From an uncultured Rivularia sp. (GTDB taxonomy: Bacteria; Cyanobacteriota; Cyanobacteriia; Cyanobacteriales; Nostocaceae), in contig OY762007.1 of assembly GCA_963665115.1 (NCBI GenBank), positions 7,680,001-7,744,000 on the forward strand: a DNA stretch of 64,000 nucleotides. Direction: 5' to 3'. This document shows, piece by piece, positions 54,329 to 64,000 of the stretch. Both the position numbers and the translations under genes were made by a program. Every line of letters begins with the position of its first letter. The first letter of the stretch is position 1. The notes beneath the pieces are model-generated. The model saw only the letters and a program-made list of their open reading frames with translations, was not told the origin of the DNA and searched no databases.

Positions 54329-54537
54329 ATAACTGGAGAATTGGGCATTGGGAATTGGGCATTGGGGATAGGGAGACAAGGGGACAAGGGGACAAGGAGA
54401 GGTAGAAATACAATTGAATGCTCTTAACCCCGAACTCCGAACTTTTTAGCCTTTCTACCTAAATTATTCCATTCCCAATTCCCCATGCTCCATGCCCCAT
54501 CTCCTCTGTACCAAAAACGCACCTACCAATTAAAAAA

Positions 54538-56367
54538 ATGCATATCGGTTCTGAATATTCAAACAATACTTGCAACTTTACTCTTTGGGCACCTTTAGTA
54601 AAACAAGCTGCCGTTCATTTAATCGATCCCCAAGATAAAATTGTACCTCTGGAAAAAGACGAACGGGGTTATTGGCGCGGTTCTATTGCAGATATAAAAC
54701 CAGGCAGTCTTTATTATTATCAACTTGATGGTGAAACGGATAGAGCCGATCCCGCAGCTCATTCTCAACCGAATGGTGTTCATGGTGCTTCGGAAGTCAT
54801 TGACCACGACAGCTTTAAGTGGAATGATAACGGGTGGCAAGGCGTTCCTTTAGAAGAAATGGTTATCTACGAGTTGCACGTAGGAACTTTTACCGAAGAA
54901 GGGACATTTGAGTCAATGATTCCCCGGATATCGGAGTTAAAAGAGTTAGGTGTGAATGCTATTGAAATCATGCCTGTAGCTCAGTTCCCTGGAAGTCGAA
55001 ACTGGGGCTATGATGGTGTGTTTCCATATGCGGTACAAAATTCCTATGGTGGCGTTGATGGTTTGAAGAAACTAGTTGATGCTTGCCATCAGCAAGGTAT
55101 GTCGGTAATTCTAGATGTAGTTTACAACCACCTCGGGCCGGAAGGAAATTACCTTTGGGGTTACGGAACTTACTTTACGGAAAAATACAAGACTCCTTGG
55201 GGTAGTGCCGTTAATTTTGATGATTCCTATAGCGATGGGGTGCGCGAATACTTTGTCCAAAACGTTTTGTATTGGTTGGACAATTACCATTTAGATGGAT
55301 TGCGCTTGGATGCCGTTCATGCTATTTACGATTTTGGTGCAAAGCATATTTTGGCGGAAATGTCTGAAGCTGTGGCTGAGTTAGAGCAGAAGAAGAATCG
55401 CCAATTTTATTTAATCGCTGAAAGCGATCTGAACGATCCACGGATTATTCGTTCTCAAGAAGTGGGTGGATACGGTATTGATGCTCAATGGAGCGATGAT
55501 TTTCACCATGCTTTACATACGGTGTTAACTGGGGAAAAGAACGGATATTACGAGGATTTTGGCAGTTTAGAACAATTAGCAAAGATTTATCGCCAGGGAT
55601 TTGTTTATACTTGGGATTACTCTCCCCATCGCCATCGATATCATGGTGAAAATCCCAAGGATTGTGCTTCGAGTCAGTTTGTCGTGTGCGCCCAAAACCA
55701 CGATCAAGTAGGAAATCGAATGTTAGGCGATCGACTATCTAATTTGATTTCCTTTGAATCTTTGAAGTTGACAGCAGCAGCACTTTTACTTTCACCTTAT
55801 ATTCCCATGTTATTTATGGGTGAAGAATATGGTGAAAAAGCCCCATTTCTTTATTTTGTTAGTCATGGCGATCGCGATTTAATCGAAGCAGTCAGAAAAG
55901 GTAGAAAAGCCGAATTTGCAGCATTCCACGAAATTGACGGGCAAGAAGCACCAGATCCTCAAGCCGAAGAAACATTCAAGAAATCGCAGTTAAATTGGGA
56001 CAAGCGTAAAACCGGGGAGCATGAAAAGCTGTGGTTGTTTCATCAGAAATTACTGCAATTGCGAAGAGATGTTCCAGCATTAAGGAACTTAGATAAAAAT
56101 CAATTAGAAGCAACAGTACTCAAACCAGAACAAGTTTTATGCATAAAAAGACACCACCAAAACAGTCAAATACTTTGCTGGCTTAACTTTGGCTCGGAAG
56201 CTGTTAAAATTACAGATAACAAAAATAGTGGAAGTTGGAAAAAAATACTTGATTCGGGCGAACAAACCTGGGGAGGAACGGGTTCACAGTTGCCAGAAAA
56301 ACTGGATGAATCTAATAACTCTGAATTGATTATAAATCCCTACAGTGCCGTTGTTTACGAGAATTAA
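54538..56367 (+). CDS. treZ: Malto-oligosyltrehalose trehalohydrolase
   Basis: YELHVGTFT, NWGYDGV, LRLDAVHAI, QWSDDFHH, QNHDQVGNR. Confidence 0.95.
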   Translation: MHIGSEYSNNTCNFTLWAPLVKQAAVHLIDPQDKIVPLEKDERGYWRGSIADIKPGSLYYYQLDGETDRADPAAHSQPNGVHGASEVIDHDSFKWNDNGWQGVPLEEMVIYELHVGTFTEEGTFESMIPRISELKELGVNAIEIMPVAQFPGSRNWGYDGVFPYAVQNSYGGVDGLKKLVDACHQQGMSVILDVVYNHLGPEGNYLWGYGTYFTEKYKTPWGSAVNFDDSYSDGVREYFVQNVLYWLDNYHLDGLRLDAVHAIYDFGAKHILAEMSEAVAELEQKKNRQFYLIAESDLNDPRIIRSQEVGGYGIDAQWSDDFHHALHTVLTGEKNGYYEDFGSLEQLAKIYRQGFVYTWDYSPHRHRYHGENPKDCASSQFVVCAQNHDQVGNRMLGDRLSNLISFESLKLTAAALLLSPYIPMLFMGEEYGEKAPFLYFVSHGDRDLIEAVRKGRKAEFAAFHEIDGQEAPDPQAEETFKKSQLNWDKRKTGEHEKLWLFHQKLLQLRRDVPALRNLDKNQLEATVLKPEQVLCIKRHHQNSQILCWLNFGSEAVKITDNKNSGSWKKILDSGEQTWGGTGSQLPEKLDESNNSELIINPYSAVVYEN

Positions 56368-56543
56368 ATCGGTAATTGGTAGTAGGTAATGGGTAATAGT
56401 TAGAAGTTAGGAGTTAAAGAAAGCTTCGGTACGCGGAAGAAGAAAAAATAATTTAATTGTTTCCCCATCTCCCCCTTTCAATTACCAATTACCAATTACC
56501 AATTACCAATTACCTATTTTTAAATCTAAAATCCAAAATTCCT

Positions 56544-59339
56544 ATGATGCAAATACCATTAGCAACTTATCGGATTCAGTTTACTCCTAGCTTTGGTTTT
56601 GATTCTGCAAAAGCTATTGCTACTTATTTAGAACAGTTAGGTGTTTCTCATTTATATGCTTCTCCAATTCTTACTTCTAGAAAAGGCAGTACTCACGGTT
56701 ATGATGCAGTAAATCCTCGTGAGATCGATCCTGAGTTGGGAGGCGCGGAAAAATTTGATGAATTAGTTGAACAGCTTCAAAATCTTAATATCAATTGGGT
56801 TCAAGATATTGTGCCCAATCATATGGCTTTTAGTAGTCAAAATGAGATGCTGATGGATGTTTTGGAAAATGGTGCTGATTCTAAGTATAGAGACTTTTTT
56901 GATATTGATTGGAATCATCATTACCCGGAAAATAGCTGTAAGGTATTAGCGCCTTTTTTAGGAAGTTTCTGCGGTGACTGTCTCGAAAATGGTGAATTAC
57001 AAATTCAATACGAGCAAAGTGGTTTAAGCATTAACTATTACGACAATAAATTTCCGATCCGGATTGAATCCTATAGCCAAGTTCTGACATACGATTTAGG
57101 ACGCTTGCAGGAAAAACTTGGTAGAGACAATCCTGCTTTTGTCAAACTCTTAGGTGTTCTATATACATTGAAGTATATTCCTTCTAGTGAAGAAGGAAGA
57201 GAAAGAGACGACCAAATCAGCTTTATTAAAAGGATGCTATGGGAACTTTGGAGTGATTCTGAAGAGGTAAAAGAATATATTGAAGAAAATATTGCTACTT
57301 TTAACGGAGAAGTAGGTCGTGCAGAAAGCTTTGATTTATTAGAAAATTTATTAACAGAGCAATTTTTCCGTCTTGCTTACTGGAAAGTTGGTAATGAAGA
57401 ACTTAATTACAGGCGCTTTTTTACAGTTAACGATTTAATCTCGATGCGGGTTGAAGATGAAAACGTTTTTGAAACTACTCATTCGTTCATTTTACAATTA
57501 GTTGAAGAAGGTAAATTTGATGGATTGCGAATTGACCATATAGATGGTTTATACGATCCAGCACAGTATTTGAATCGACTGCGGGAAAAAGCACCGGAAG
57601 TTTACTTAATTGTAGAAAAAATTCTTGAACCTGAAGAAGAATTGCCGATAACTTGGCCCATTCAAGGAACTACAGGATACGACTTTCTTAATCAGCTAAA
57701 TGGTCTATTCTGCGACCAATCAAACGAACAAGAATTTGACGAAATATACTATCGTTTTATTGGGAAAGCTGTTTCCTGTGAAGAATTAATTGATAAGAAT
57801 AAAAGATTAATTATTGAAAAACATTTAGCGGGAGATATTGATAATTTAGCTCACCTTTTCAAAAAAATATCCGGTGGATACCGTTATGCTAGTGATTTCA
57901 CAATGTACGGTTTAAAATCGGCTTTAGTGGAAATTTTGGCATTATTCCCGGTTTATCGCACCTATATTAATAGTGCGGGGGCAAGTTCGGCGGATAGAGA
58001 ATATATTGAGCGGGTAATGACTCAAGCTAAAAAGAATATTCCTAACTTCCTCAACGAACTCAATTTTATTGAAAAATTCCTACTCTTAGAGTATGACGAC
58101 ACCCTACCAGAAGAAAATAGAGAAGAATGGTTGCGTTTCTTGATGAGATTGCAGCAGTTTACCGGCCCTTTAATGGCAAAAGGGGTGGAAGATACCGTAC
58201 TCTACGTGTATAACAGATTGGTTTCGCTCAATGAAGTTGGTTCGCATCCAGGTAGTTTTGGCATATCTTTGGAAGATTTTCACACTTACAATTCCAATAC
58301 CACTGCAAATTGGCCGCATACGATGAACACTACATCCACCCACGATACCAAACGTGGTGAAGATGTCAGAACTAGAATTAATGTTTTATCGGAAATTCCC
58401 GAAGAATGGGAGCAAAATTTAAAGCAGTGGCGCGAAATTAACGCTTCTCATAAAGATTGCGTCGGTGGACGAGATATACCGACTTCTAACGATGAGTATT
58501 TGTTTTATCAAACTCTTATTGGTGCTTTTCCTTTTAGTCAAGAAGAGTATCCCGCTTTCGTAGAACGAATCAAAGAGTATATTATCAAAGCAATTCGAGA
58601 AGCAAAAGTGCATACCGCATGGCTAAAAAATGATAGCGATTACGAAGATGGCTTTACTAATTTTGCCGAAAGAGTTTTAAAAGATAGTCCAGACAATCAA
58701 TTTTTACAAGCTTTTCGTCCTTTCCAAAACAAAATTCAGCATTGCGGCATCTTAAGTTCTCTTTCTCAATCATTACTAAAGCTTACCGCACCTGGACTTC
58801 CAGATATTTATCAAGGAACCGAATTTTGGGACTTGAGTTTAGTAGATCCAGACAACCGTCGTCCGGTAGACTTTGATAAAAGACAAAAGTACCTTGAAGA
58901 AATCAAATCTAAAACACGATCTGATTTACTCGACTATATTCCTCAGTTGCTTGAAACTCCCGAAGATGCAAGAATCAAGCTATTTTTAATTTACAAAACC
59001 TTACAAACACGTCGAGAGTACTTGGATTTATTTCAGCGAGGTACTTACGAAAAACTGACGGTAGTCGGAAGCTTAAAAACTCATGTTGTAGGATTCAGTA
59101 GAGAATTGGGAGAACAAAAAATAATTGTAATTGCACCTCGTTTCTTTAGTTCTTTAGTAGAAATAGGCGAATATCCCTTTGGTGAACAAGTTTGGCAAGA
59201 AACTCGCATTGTTCCCCCTACTGATTCGACTAATGTTTGGCAAGATGTCTTTACCGGAAAACAAGTAGAAGGTGAAGATGCACTTTGGGTACGCGATATT
59301 CTTCAAGATTTTCCCGTCGCTTTGTTGGTGAATAAGTAG
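56544..59339 (+). CDS. treY: Malto-oligosyltrehalose synthase
   Basis: ATYRIQF, GSTHGYD, DIVPNHM, LRIDHIDGL, STHDTKRGED, LVDPDNRRPVD. The ORF-track start lies in STRR repeats; ATG at 56544 is more likely. Confidence 0.95.
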   Translation: MMQIPLATYRIQFTPSFGFDSAKAIATYLEQLGVSHLYASPILTSRKGSTHGYDAVNPREIDPELGGAEKFDELVEQLQNLNINWVQDIVPNHMAFSSQNEMLMDVLENGADSKYRDFFDIDWNHHYPENSCKVLAPFLGSFCGDCLENGELQIQYEQSGLSINYYDNKFPIRIESYSQVLTYDLGRLQEKLGRDNPAFVKLLGVLYTLKYIPSSEEGRERDDQISFIKRMLWELWSDSEEVKEYIEENIATFNGEVGRAESFDLLENLLTEQFFRLAYWKVGNEELNYRRFFTVNDLISMRVEDENVFETTHSFILQLVEEGKFDGLRIDHIDGLYDPAQYLNRLREKAPEVYLIVEKILEPEEELPITWPIQGTTGYDFLNQLNGLFCDQSNEQEFDEIYYRFIGKAVSCEELIDKNKRLIIEKHLAGDIDNLAHLFKKISGGYRYASDFTMYGLKSALVEILALFPVYRTYINSAGASSADREYIERVMTQAKKNIPNFLNELNFIEKFLLLEYDDTLPEENREEWLRFLMRLQQFTGPLMAKGVEDTVLYVYNRLVSLNEVGSHPGSFGISLEDFHTYNSNTTANWPHTMNTTSTHDTKRGEDVRTRINVLSEIPEEWEQNLKQWREINASHKDCVGGRDIPTSNDEYLFYQTLIGAFPFSQEEYPAFVERIKEYIIKAIREAKVHTAWLKNDSDYEDGFTNFAERVLKDSPDNQFLQAFRPFQNKIQHCGILSSLSQSLLKLTAPGLPDIYQGTEFWDLSLVDPDNRRPVDFDKRQKYLEEIKSKTRSDLLDYIPQLLETPEDARIKLFLIYKTLQTRREYLDLFQRGTYEKLTVVGSLKTHVVGFSRELGEQKIIVIAPRFFSSLVEIGEYPFGEQVWQETRIVPPTDSTNVWQDVFTGKQVEGEDALWVRDILQDFPVALLVNK

Positions 59340-59374
59340 AGGATAGTTAGGAGTTAGGAGTTATAAGTTAGGGG

Positions 59375-59637
59375 TAGTAGTCTTCGCCACATAAGCTATA
59401 AGGGGTTCGGGGAGTGCGTTAGCGCAGCGTGTCCGCAAGGGACATGCATCTTGCTCGCTCGTTGCCACCAGGGAGCGAGACGCTCCCACTACAAATGTGC
59501 TACCCCTCATAATTAATGTGGCGGAGTATTAATAGTAGATTTCATTAATTCCTATGGGTTGTAGAGACGTAGCAGTGCTACGTCTACCGACGTTTACGGA
59601 AAAACGAACCCGTCAAAACAAATGAAAAGGACTACTA
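59375..59637. mobile_element. Tandem pair of family A MITE-like elements
   Basis: Units 59375-59531 (GTAGTGGGAG-type cargo, inverted) and 59530-59637 (GTAGAGACG cargo), sharing a TA. Confidence 0.8.
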
Positions 59638-60082
59638 CTCGCTACTCTAAAAATTTCCCCTTATGCTCCTCTGCCTCTCCCCCGTTCCCATTTTCCGAGC
59701 AATTACCATAAATACCTCTGAAGATAAAGCAAAATCATTCTACGGGCGATCGCCTTTAAACACTTGTTGCTTTTAAAATAATCTTATAAAGTATTAAAGT
59801 AATAAATAATTATTTTAGGATTATAAATGTACATTTCTGTATGTAATAAATTTGCGGACAAATCAGTATTTTAAAAGATTGTAGTTTTACTTAATTTTTA
59901 GTTTTTTGTTTAAAGTTAAGCAAAAAAGGATAAAAAGAAGTTCTATAGAAACTATTTACTATTTACGTTTGTGAGATAAATATCCTAATTTCTAAAAATT
60001 GAACTTGCCCAATCGGGTTTGTTTGTGAAAAAATTATCATATTACAGCTAAAGAAAAGGCACTTGCTACCAGCAAAAATACC

Positions 60083-60721
60083 ATGCATACTCAGATAGAA
60101 GATTTGGATGATTTAACAAAGGTGTCAGCGCTTAAAAAGAAAGAAGAACAAAAAATGCATGATGTTCTTCTGTTGCTGGAAAATTTAAGCTGTAGAGAAG
60201 AAGCTTCGATAAAACTCATTATAGATTGTCTTTATGATATTGGTTACGTTAATCTGATAAACCAAAAGTTTCGTTCTCGTACCCTCAACGGTAGCTTGAA
60301 ATTGATTGCTAGGGCATCAAAACCAGCATTTAAAGTAATTGCATGGAAATGGTATAAAAGCAATTGTCCTAAATTAATTGCTGATTGGCTTCGCACGCAG
60401 GTTGCTTTTGAACCTGTCACTACACTCAAGCAAGCAGCAGAAATAGAAGCAGGATTAGAACCCGAACCTAATAAACATCAATACTCTACTTCTCTCGTAC
60501 AATTAGAAAGCCGAAATAGCGAAGTTAAATATTTGCGATCGCAAGTCAAAATGCTGGCAAGTATTGTAGTTGCTCTAATTGCTGTATTTGGTGGTAGTGC
60601 TATTTGGTTCGGTTATTCTTTAGAGCGTTCTAATCTTCAAAACGTCCAGCAATTACAAAATAGAATAAGAGTTTTGGAAACTAATACTAACGAACCATTT
60701 GCAACGGGTAAAGAAAATTAA
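60083..60721 (+). CDS. Hypothetical protein with C-terminal TM helix and coiled coil
   Basis: 212 aa ORF with hydrophobic segment MLASIVVALIAVFGGSAIWF. Confidence 0.7.
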   Translation: MHTQIEDLDDLTKVSALKKKEEQKMHDVLLLLENLSCREEASIKLIIDCLYDIGYVNLINQKFRSRTLNGSLKLIARASKPAFKVIAWKWYKSNCPKLIADWLRTQVAFEPVTTLKQAAEIEAGLEPEPNKHQYSTSLVQLESRNSEVKYLRSQVKMLASIVVALIAVFGGSAIWFGYSLERSNLQNVQQLQNRIRVLETNTNEPFATGKEN

Positions 60722-60771
60722 ATTAGTTGTTCACCCGGAGGGTGTGGATCATCAGTTGCCAATTTGTCGTT

Positions 60772-60808
60772 TGTAGGATGCGTTATCGGTTTTAACCATA
60801 ACGCATCT
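60772..60808. repeat. GTAG-type REP-like hairpin
   Basis: TGTAGGATGCGTTATCGGTTTTAACCATAACGCATC. Confidence 0.55.
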
Positions 60809-60940
60809 TTATCGTATGTATATCATTTGAACTTTAGATTTTAGATGACTTTTTTCCTAATATAAATAATCGTAACCGCAGAATAAACAAAATATCAATA
60901 GAATATGAGTGTAAACAAAAAATAGTTCCCAGAGTAATAA

Positions 60941-63028
60941 ATGAAACTAAAAATATGCGGCTTTTTCTTAGGAATAATTGCTGTTAGTTCCATTGAACCA
61001 GCTAGGGCGCAATCGTCTGAGAGATTTAAAAAAAATCCTGAAAATGAAAACATTATACAAGTTCAGAATCAGAATAACCAAAAGCAACCGACTTTAATCG
61101 ATCGCAAAATATTTTTTGGAGATCCAGAAATTTCTGGGGCACAACTTTCTCCCGATGGTAAATATCTTGCTTTTCGCAAACCGCTAAATGGAGTAATTAA
61201 TATCTGGGTTAAAGGAATAAACGAGCCGATGAGTGCTGCAAGTCCGATAACCGAAGACAAAAATAGACCGATTCCAGCTTATTTTTGGAGTCAGGATAGT
61301 AAATATATTCTATTTGTACAAGACAAAGAAGGTAACGAAAACTTTCGGATTTATGCCGTATCACCTACAGATAAGGTAGCAAAGGGGCAAATACCAAAAG
61401 CCAAAGACTTAACTCCCGAAGATAAAGTACAAGCGAGAATTTACGCCGTACCAGAAAAAAGTCCTAATACTATTATTGTGGGATTAAACAATCGCGATCC
61501 TAAATTTCACGATGTGTATAGTATAAATATCGCTACAGGGGACAGAAAATTACTCTACAAAAACGATAGCAATGTTTCTAATTGGGTAACTGATTTAGAA
61601 GGTAATTTACGTTTAGCAGTAATAAATTTACCAGACGGTAGCACTCAAATAAATCGCATTGAAGGCGATAGTTTAGAAGAAGTTTATAAATGTCAATTTG
61701 GGGAAGCTTGTTCGCCAGTTCGGTTTCACAAGAATGGTAAACAAGTTTACATGGCAACAAATAAAGGTAACGATGTCGATTTGAGTCGCTTAGTTTTATT
61801 TAACCCCCAGACAAAAAAGCTTGAAGTTGTAGATTCCGATCCAGAAAAACAAGTTGATTTTGGTTCACCGATTTTCTCTGAGCAAACAGAAGAATTAATT
61901 GGGACGGTATATATAGGAGATAAACAAAGAATCTATCCTAAAGATAAAAAATTCGCCGCAGATTTAGCATATGTCAAAGAAAAATTGCCCGATGGAGAAT
62001 TGGGACTTAGTTCGATGACAGATGACGGACAAAAAATGATTGTTACTGTAAGTAGCGATGTAGATCCGGGTTCGGCTTATCTATTCAACCGAGAAACGAA
62101 AAAACTCTCCCTACTTTACCAAATACTTCCAGAATTAAAGCGAGAAAATTTAGCGAAGATGACCCCAATTCGCTACACCGCTAGAGACGGATTAGAAATA
62201 CCAGCATACTTAACGTTACCTGTAGGCAAACCAGCCCGTAACCTACCTGTAATAGTAATGCCTCACGGCGGACCTTGGGCGAGAGATACTTGGGGTTACA
62301 ATCCTTACACTCAATTTTTAGCCAATCGCGGTTATGCAGTATTGCAGCCAAACTTTAGAGCATCTACAGGCTACGGTAAAAAGTTCCTCAATGCTGGAAA
62401 CAACCAGTGGGGAACCGGAGCAATGCAGCACGATATCACCGATGGGGTGAAATATCTGATTAGTAAAGGAATTGCCGATCCTCTTCGTGTGGGTATTTTT
62501 GGTGGTTCCTATGGAGGTTACGCCACCTTAGCAGGTTTGGCATTTACTCCCGAACTTTATGCAGCAGGTGTTTCTTATGTTGGCCCTTCCAACCTGATAA
62601 CTTTATTTAAATCCGTCCCTCCTTACTGGGAAAGTTTCAAAGCTGAATTGAAATTAAGAATGGGGAATCCAGACACTCCCCAAGGGAAAAAACAATTAGA
62701 ACAACAATCTCCTCTATTTTCCGCTGATAAAATCAAAGCCCCGTTAATGGTAATTCAAGGAGCTAACGATCCAAGAGTTAAGCAGGCAGAATCAGATCAA
62801 ATAGTAGCAGCCCTGAGAAATAAAGAAATAGATGTAGATTATCTTTTAGCACCAGATGAAGGGCACGGTTTTAGAGAAGAAACTAATAAATTAGCTGTAG
62901 CAGCAGCCTTAGAAAAGTTTTTTGCACAGCATCTTCAAGGAAGATATCAACAAGCAGTTTCTCCTGAAGTTAAAAAGCAACTCGATGATTTGACGGTAGA
63001 TATTAATAAAGTCCAAGTTTCTAAATAG
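60941..63028 (+). CDS. S9 family exported peptidase (dipeptidyl/acylaminoacyl peptidase)
   Basis: Signal peptide, PHGGPW, GGSYGG, QGANDPRV, DEGHGF. Confidence 0.93.
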   Translation: MKLKICGFFLGIIAVSSIEPARAQSSERFKKNPENENIIQVQNQNNQKQPTLIDRKIFFGDPEISGAQLSPDGKYLAFRKPLNGVINIWVKGINEPMSAASPITEDKNRPIPAYFWSQDSKYILFVQDKEGNENFRIYAVSPTDKVAKGQIPKAKDLTPEDKVQARIYAVPEKSPNTIIVGLNNRDPKFHDVYSINIATGDRKLLYKNDSNVSNWVTDLEGNLRLAVINLPDGSTQINRIEGDSLEEVYKCQFGEACSPVRFHKNGKQVYMATNKGNDVDLSRLVLFNPQTKKLEVVDSDPEKQVDFGSPIFSEQTEELIGTVYIGDKQRIYPKDKKFAADLAYVKEKLPDGELGLSSMTDDGQKMIVTVSSDVDPGSAYLFNRETKKLSLLYQILPELKRENLAKMTPIRYTARDGLEIPAYLTLPVGKPARNLPVIVMPHGGPWARDTWGYNPYTQFLANRGYAVLQPNFRASTGYGKKFLNAGNNQWGTGAMQHDITDGVKYLISKGIADPLRVGIFGGSYGGYATLAGLAFTPELYAAGVSYVGPSNLITLFKSVPPYWESFKAELKLRMGNPDTPQGKKQLEQQSPLFSADKIKAPLMVIQGANDPRVKQAESDQIVAALRNKEIDVDYLLAPDEGHGFREETNKLAVAAALEKFFAQHLQGRYQQAVSPEVKKQLDDLTVDINKVQVSK

Positions 63029-63094
63029 ATATTTGGGAATTGGGATTGGGGATTGGGCATGAGTAATAGGTAATTGGGGTTTATTCAAAACTGT

Positions 63095-63194
63095 GATGTT
63101 GGGTTACGACACTTGGGAAATAGATTTTCGTTACAAATTCAAATTTCTTTATGTCCTCCGGACACGCTTTGCTAACGTGTCTAACCCAACCTAC
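63095..63194. repeat. GTAGGTTGGGTT-type REP-like element
   Basis: GATGTTGGGTTACGACAC...GTGTCTAACCCAACCTAC. Confidence 0.65.
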
Positions 63195-63228
63195 TAACTA
63201 CTAACTGGTTACTTGTTACTGGTCACTG

Positions 63229-63561
63229 TTAATGTGTGGTAAATTCGGTAAATTCCCGTGTATAAGGCGAGTGAAAAGCTAATACAATATTCTCTTTCGG
63301 TACGCCTAATTCTAATAGTTGTGTAGCAATTCCGTCTTCTGTTCCATCATGTTGAATCCAGATTTTACCGTCTTTTATATCGATGTGAACACTACATCCG
63401 TGAGTGCGACGATTATCGTGCCAACCAGTATGGAGCAACAAATAATGGTCGCGTTCGGTATCTAAAACTGCTTGCTTCTCGATTTCCTCGGGGTATGATT
63501 TACACTGCGCTTTTTCTAATATTAATTTTTGGACAATTTGACGATAATTCTCTACAGGCAT
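63229..63561 (-). CDS. xisI: XisI family protein
   Basis: DHYLLLHTGW, HIDIKDGKIWIQHDGTEDGIA..L.ELGVPKENIVLAFH. Confidence 0.93.
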   Translation of the reverse strand: MPVENYRQIVQKLILEKAQCKSYPEEIEKQAVLDTERDHYLLLHTGWHDNRRTHGCSVHIDIKDGKIWIQHDGTEDGIATQLLELGVPKENIVLAFHSPYTREFTEFTTH

Positions 63562-63720
63562 TGGACAATTTCCTCCTGTTTTTGATCGTAATAAATTACT
63601 AAGTTTATTTGAGTGCGTTCAACTACCGAACGTGTAAAACGACGTTGGAAAAATGAATTATAAATAACCTTCTTTTTCTAAAGCTGTTCTAACTGCGTAA
63701 TGAAAGCGATCTTTTACCAT
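63552..63720 (-). pseudogene. xisH: xisH with large internal deletion
   Basis: N-terminus MVKDRFHYAVRTALEKEG is joined out of frame to the C-terminus YNSFFQRRF...QEEIVQCL*, which overlaps the xisI start. Confidence 0.8.
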
Positions 63721-63794
63721 TACATCTTTTAAGACTAAATACGGAAATAAATATGGCTGTGATTTTAATTGTATTTTCAAAATTCGTAAATTAA

Positions 63795-64000
63795 TTATGC
63801 AATGAAATCATTAAACCAACTGTCTGCAATCTCCAATGACAGATCGCCGCGATCGCTATCCCATATTTTGACTCCAAACTTCTCCTCCAAAACCTTTGCA
63901 CTCTGATATCGCATAAATCGTCTCTCGTGTCTCAATTGTTTGTAAACACTTACGACGGGTAAAAACGGTTTCTGTTGTTGATTCCACCACGTTTGAGCAA
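63795..64000 (-). CDS. C-terminal part of an unidentified protein running off the window
   Basis: Open frame ...WWNQQQKPFLPVVSVYKQLRHERRFMRYQSAKVLEEKFGVKIWDSDRGDLSLEIADSWFNDFIA*. Confidence 0.55.
   Translation of the reverse strand, partial: AQTWWNQQQKPFLPVVSVYKQLRHERRFMRYQSAKVLEEKFGVKIWDSDRGDLSLEIADSWFNDFIA

Overview
AT-rich window from a cyanobacterium, probably filamentous/heterocystous (Nostocales-like). Support: HIP1 octamer GCGATCGC, heptamer STRR tracts, chlP, XisH/XisI, PEP-CTERM. Main blocks: (1) a polar amino-acid ABC operon (natF-natG-natH ... bgtA) split by an ~8 kb insert encoding a caspase-STAND-TM-WD40 protein, a DUF4258-like toxin candidate, a secreted protein and a divergent HTH/DUF4384-like protein; (2) S8 protease, tnpB relic, PEP-CTERM protein, chlP, SDR; (3) SNF2 + SWIM pair followed by a mosaic of gene relics; (4) a CHAT / TPS-hemagglutinin / DUF928 / CHASE2-GGDEF-EAL cluster containing a tandem array of six TA-flanked MITE-like elements with exchangeable REP-type hairpin cargos; (5) three PRC-barrel/DUF2382 genes next to malQ-treS-glgX-treZ-treY; (6) S9 peptidase and xisI with a deleted xisH. 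Eight genes are split by single small insertions in short base runs, most likely assembly errors. I saw no CRISPR array, tRNA or rRNA. All family assignments come from motif recognition by eye, not database searches.
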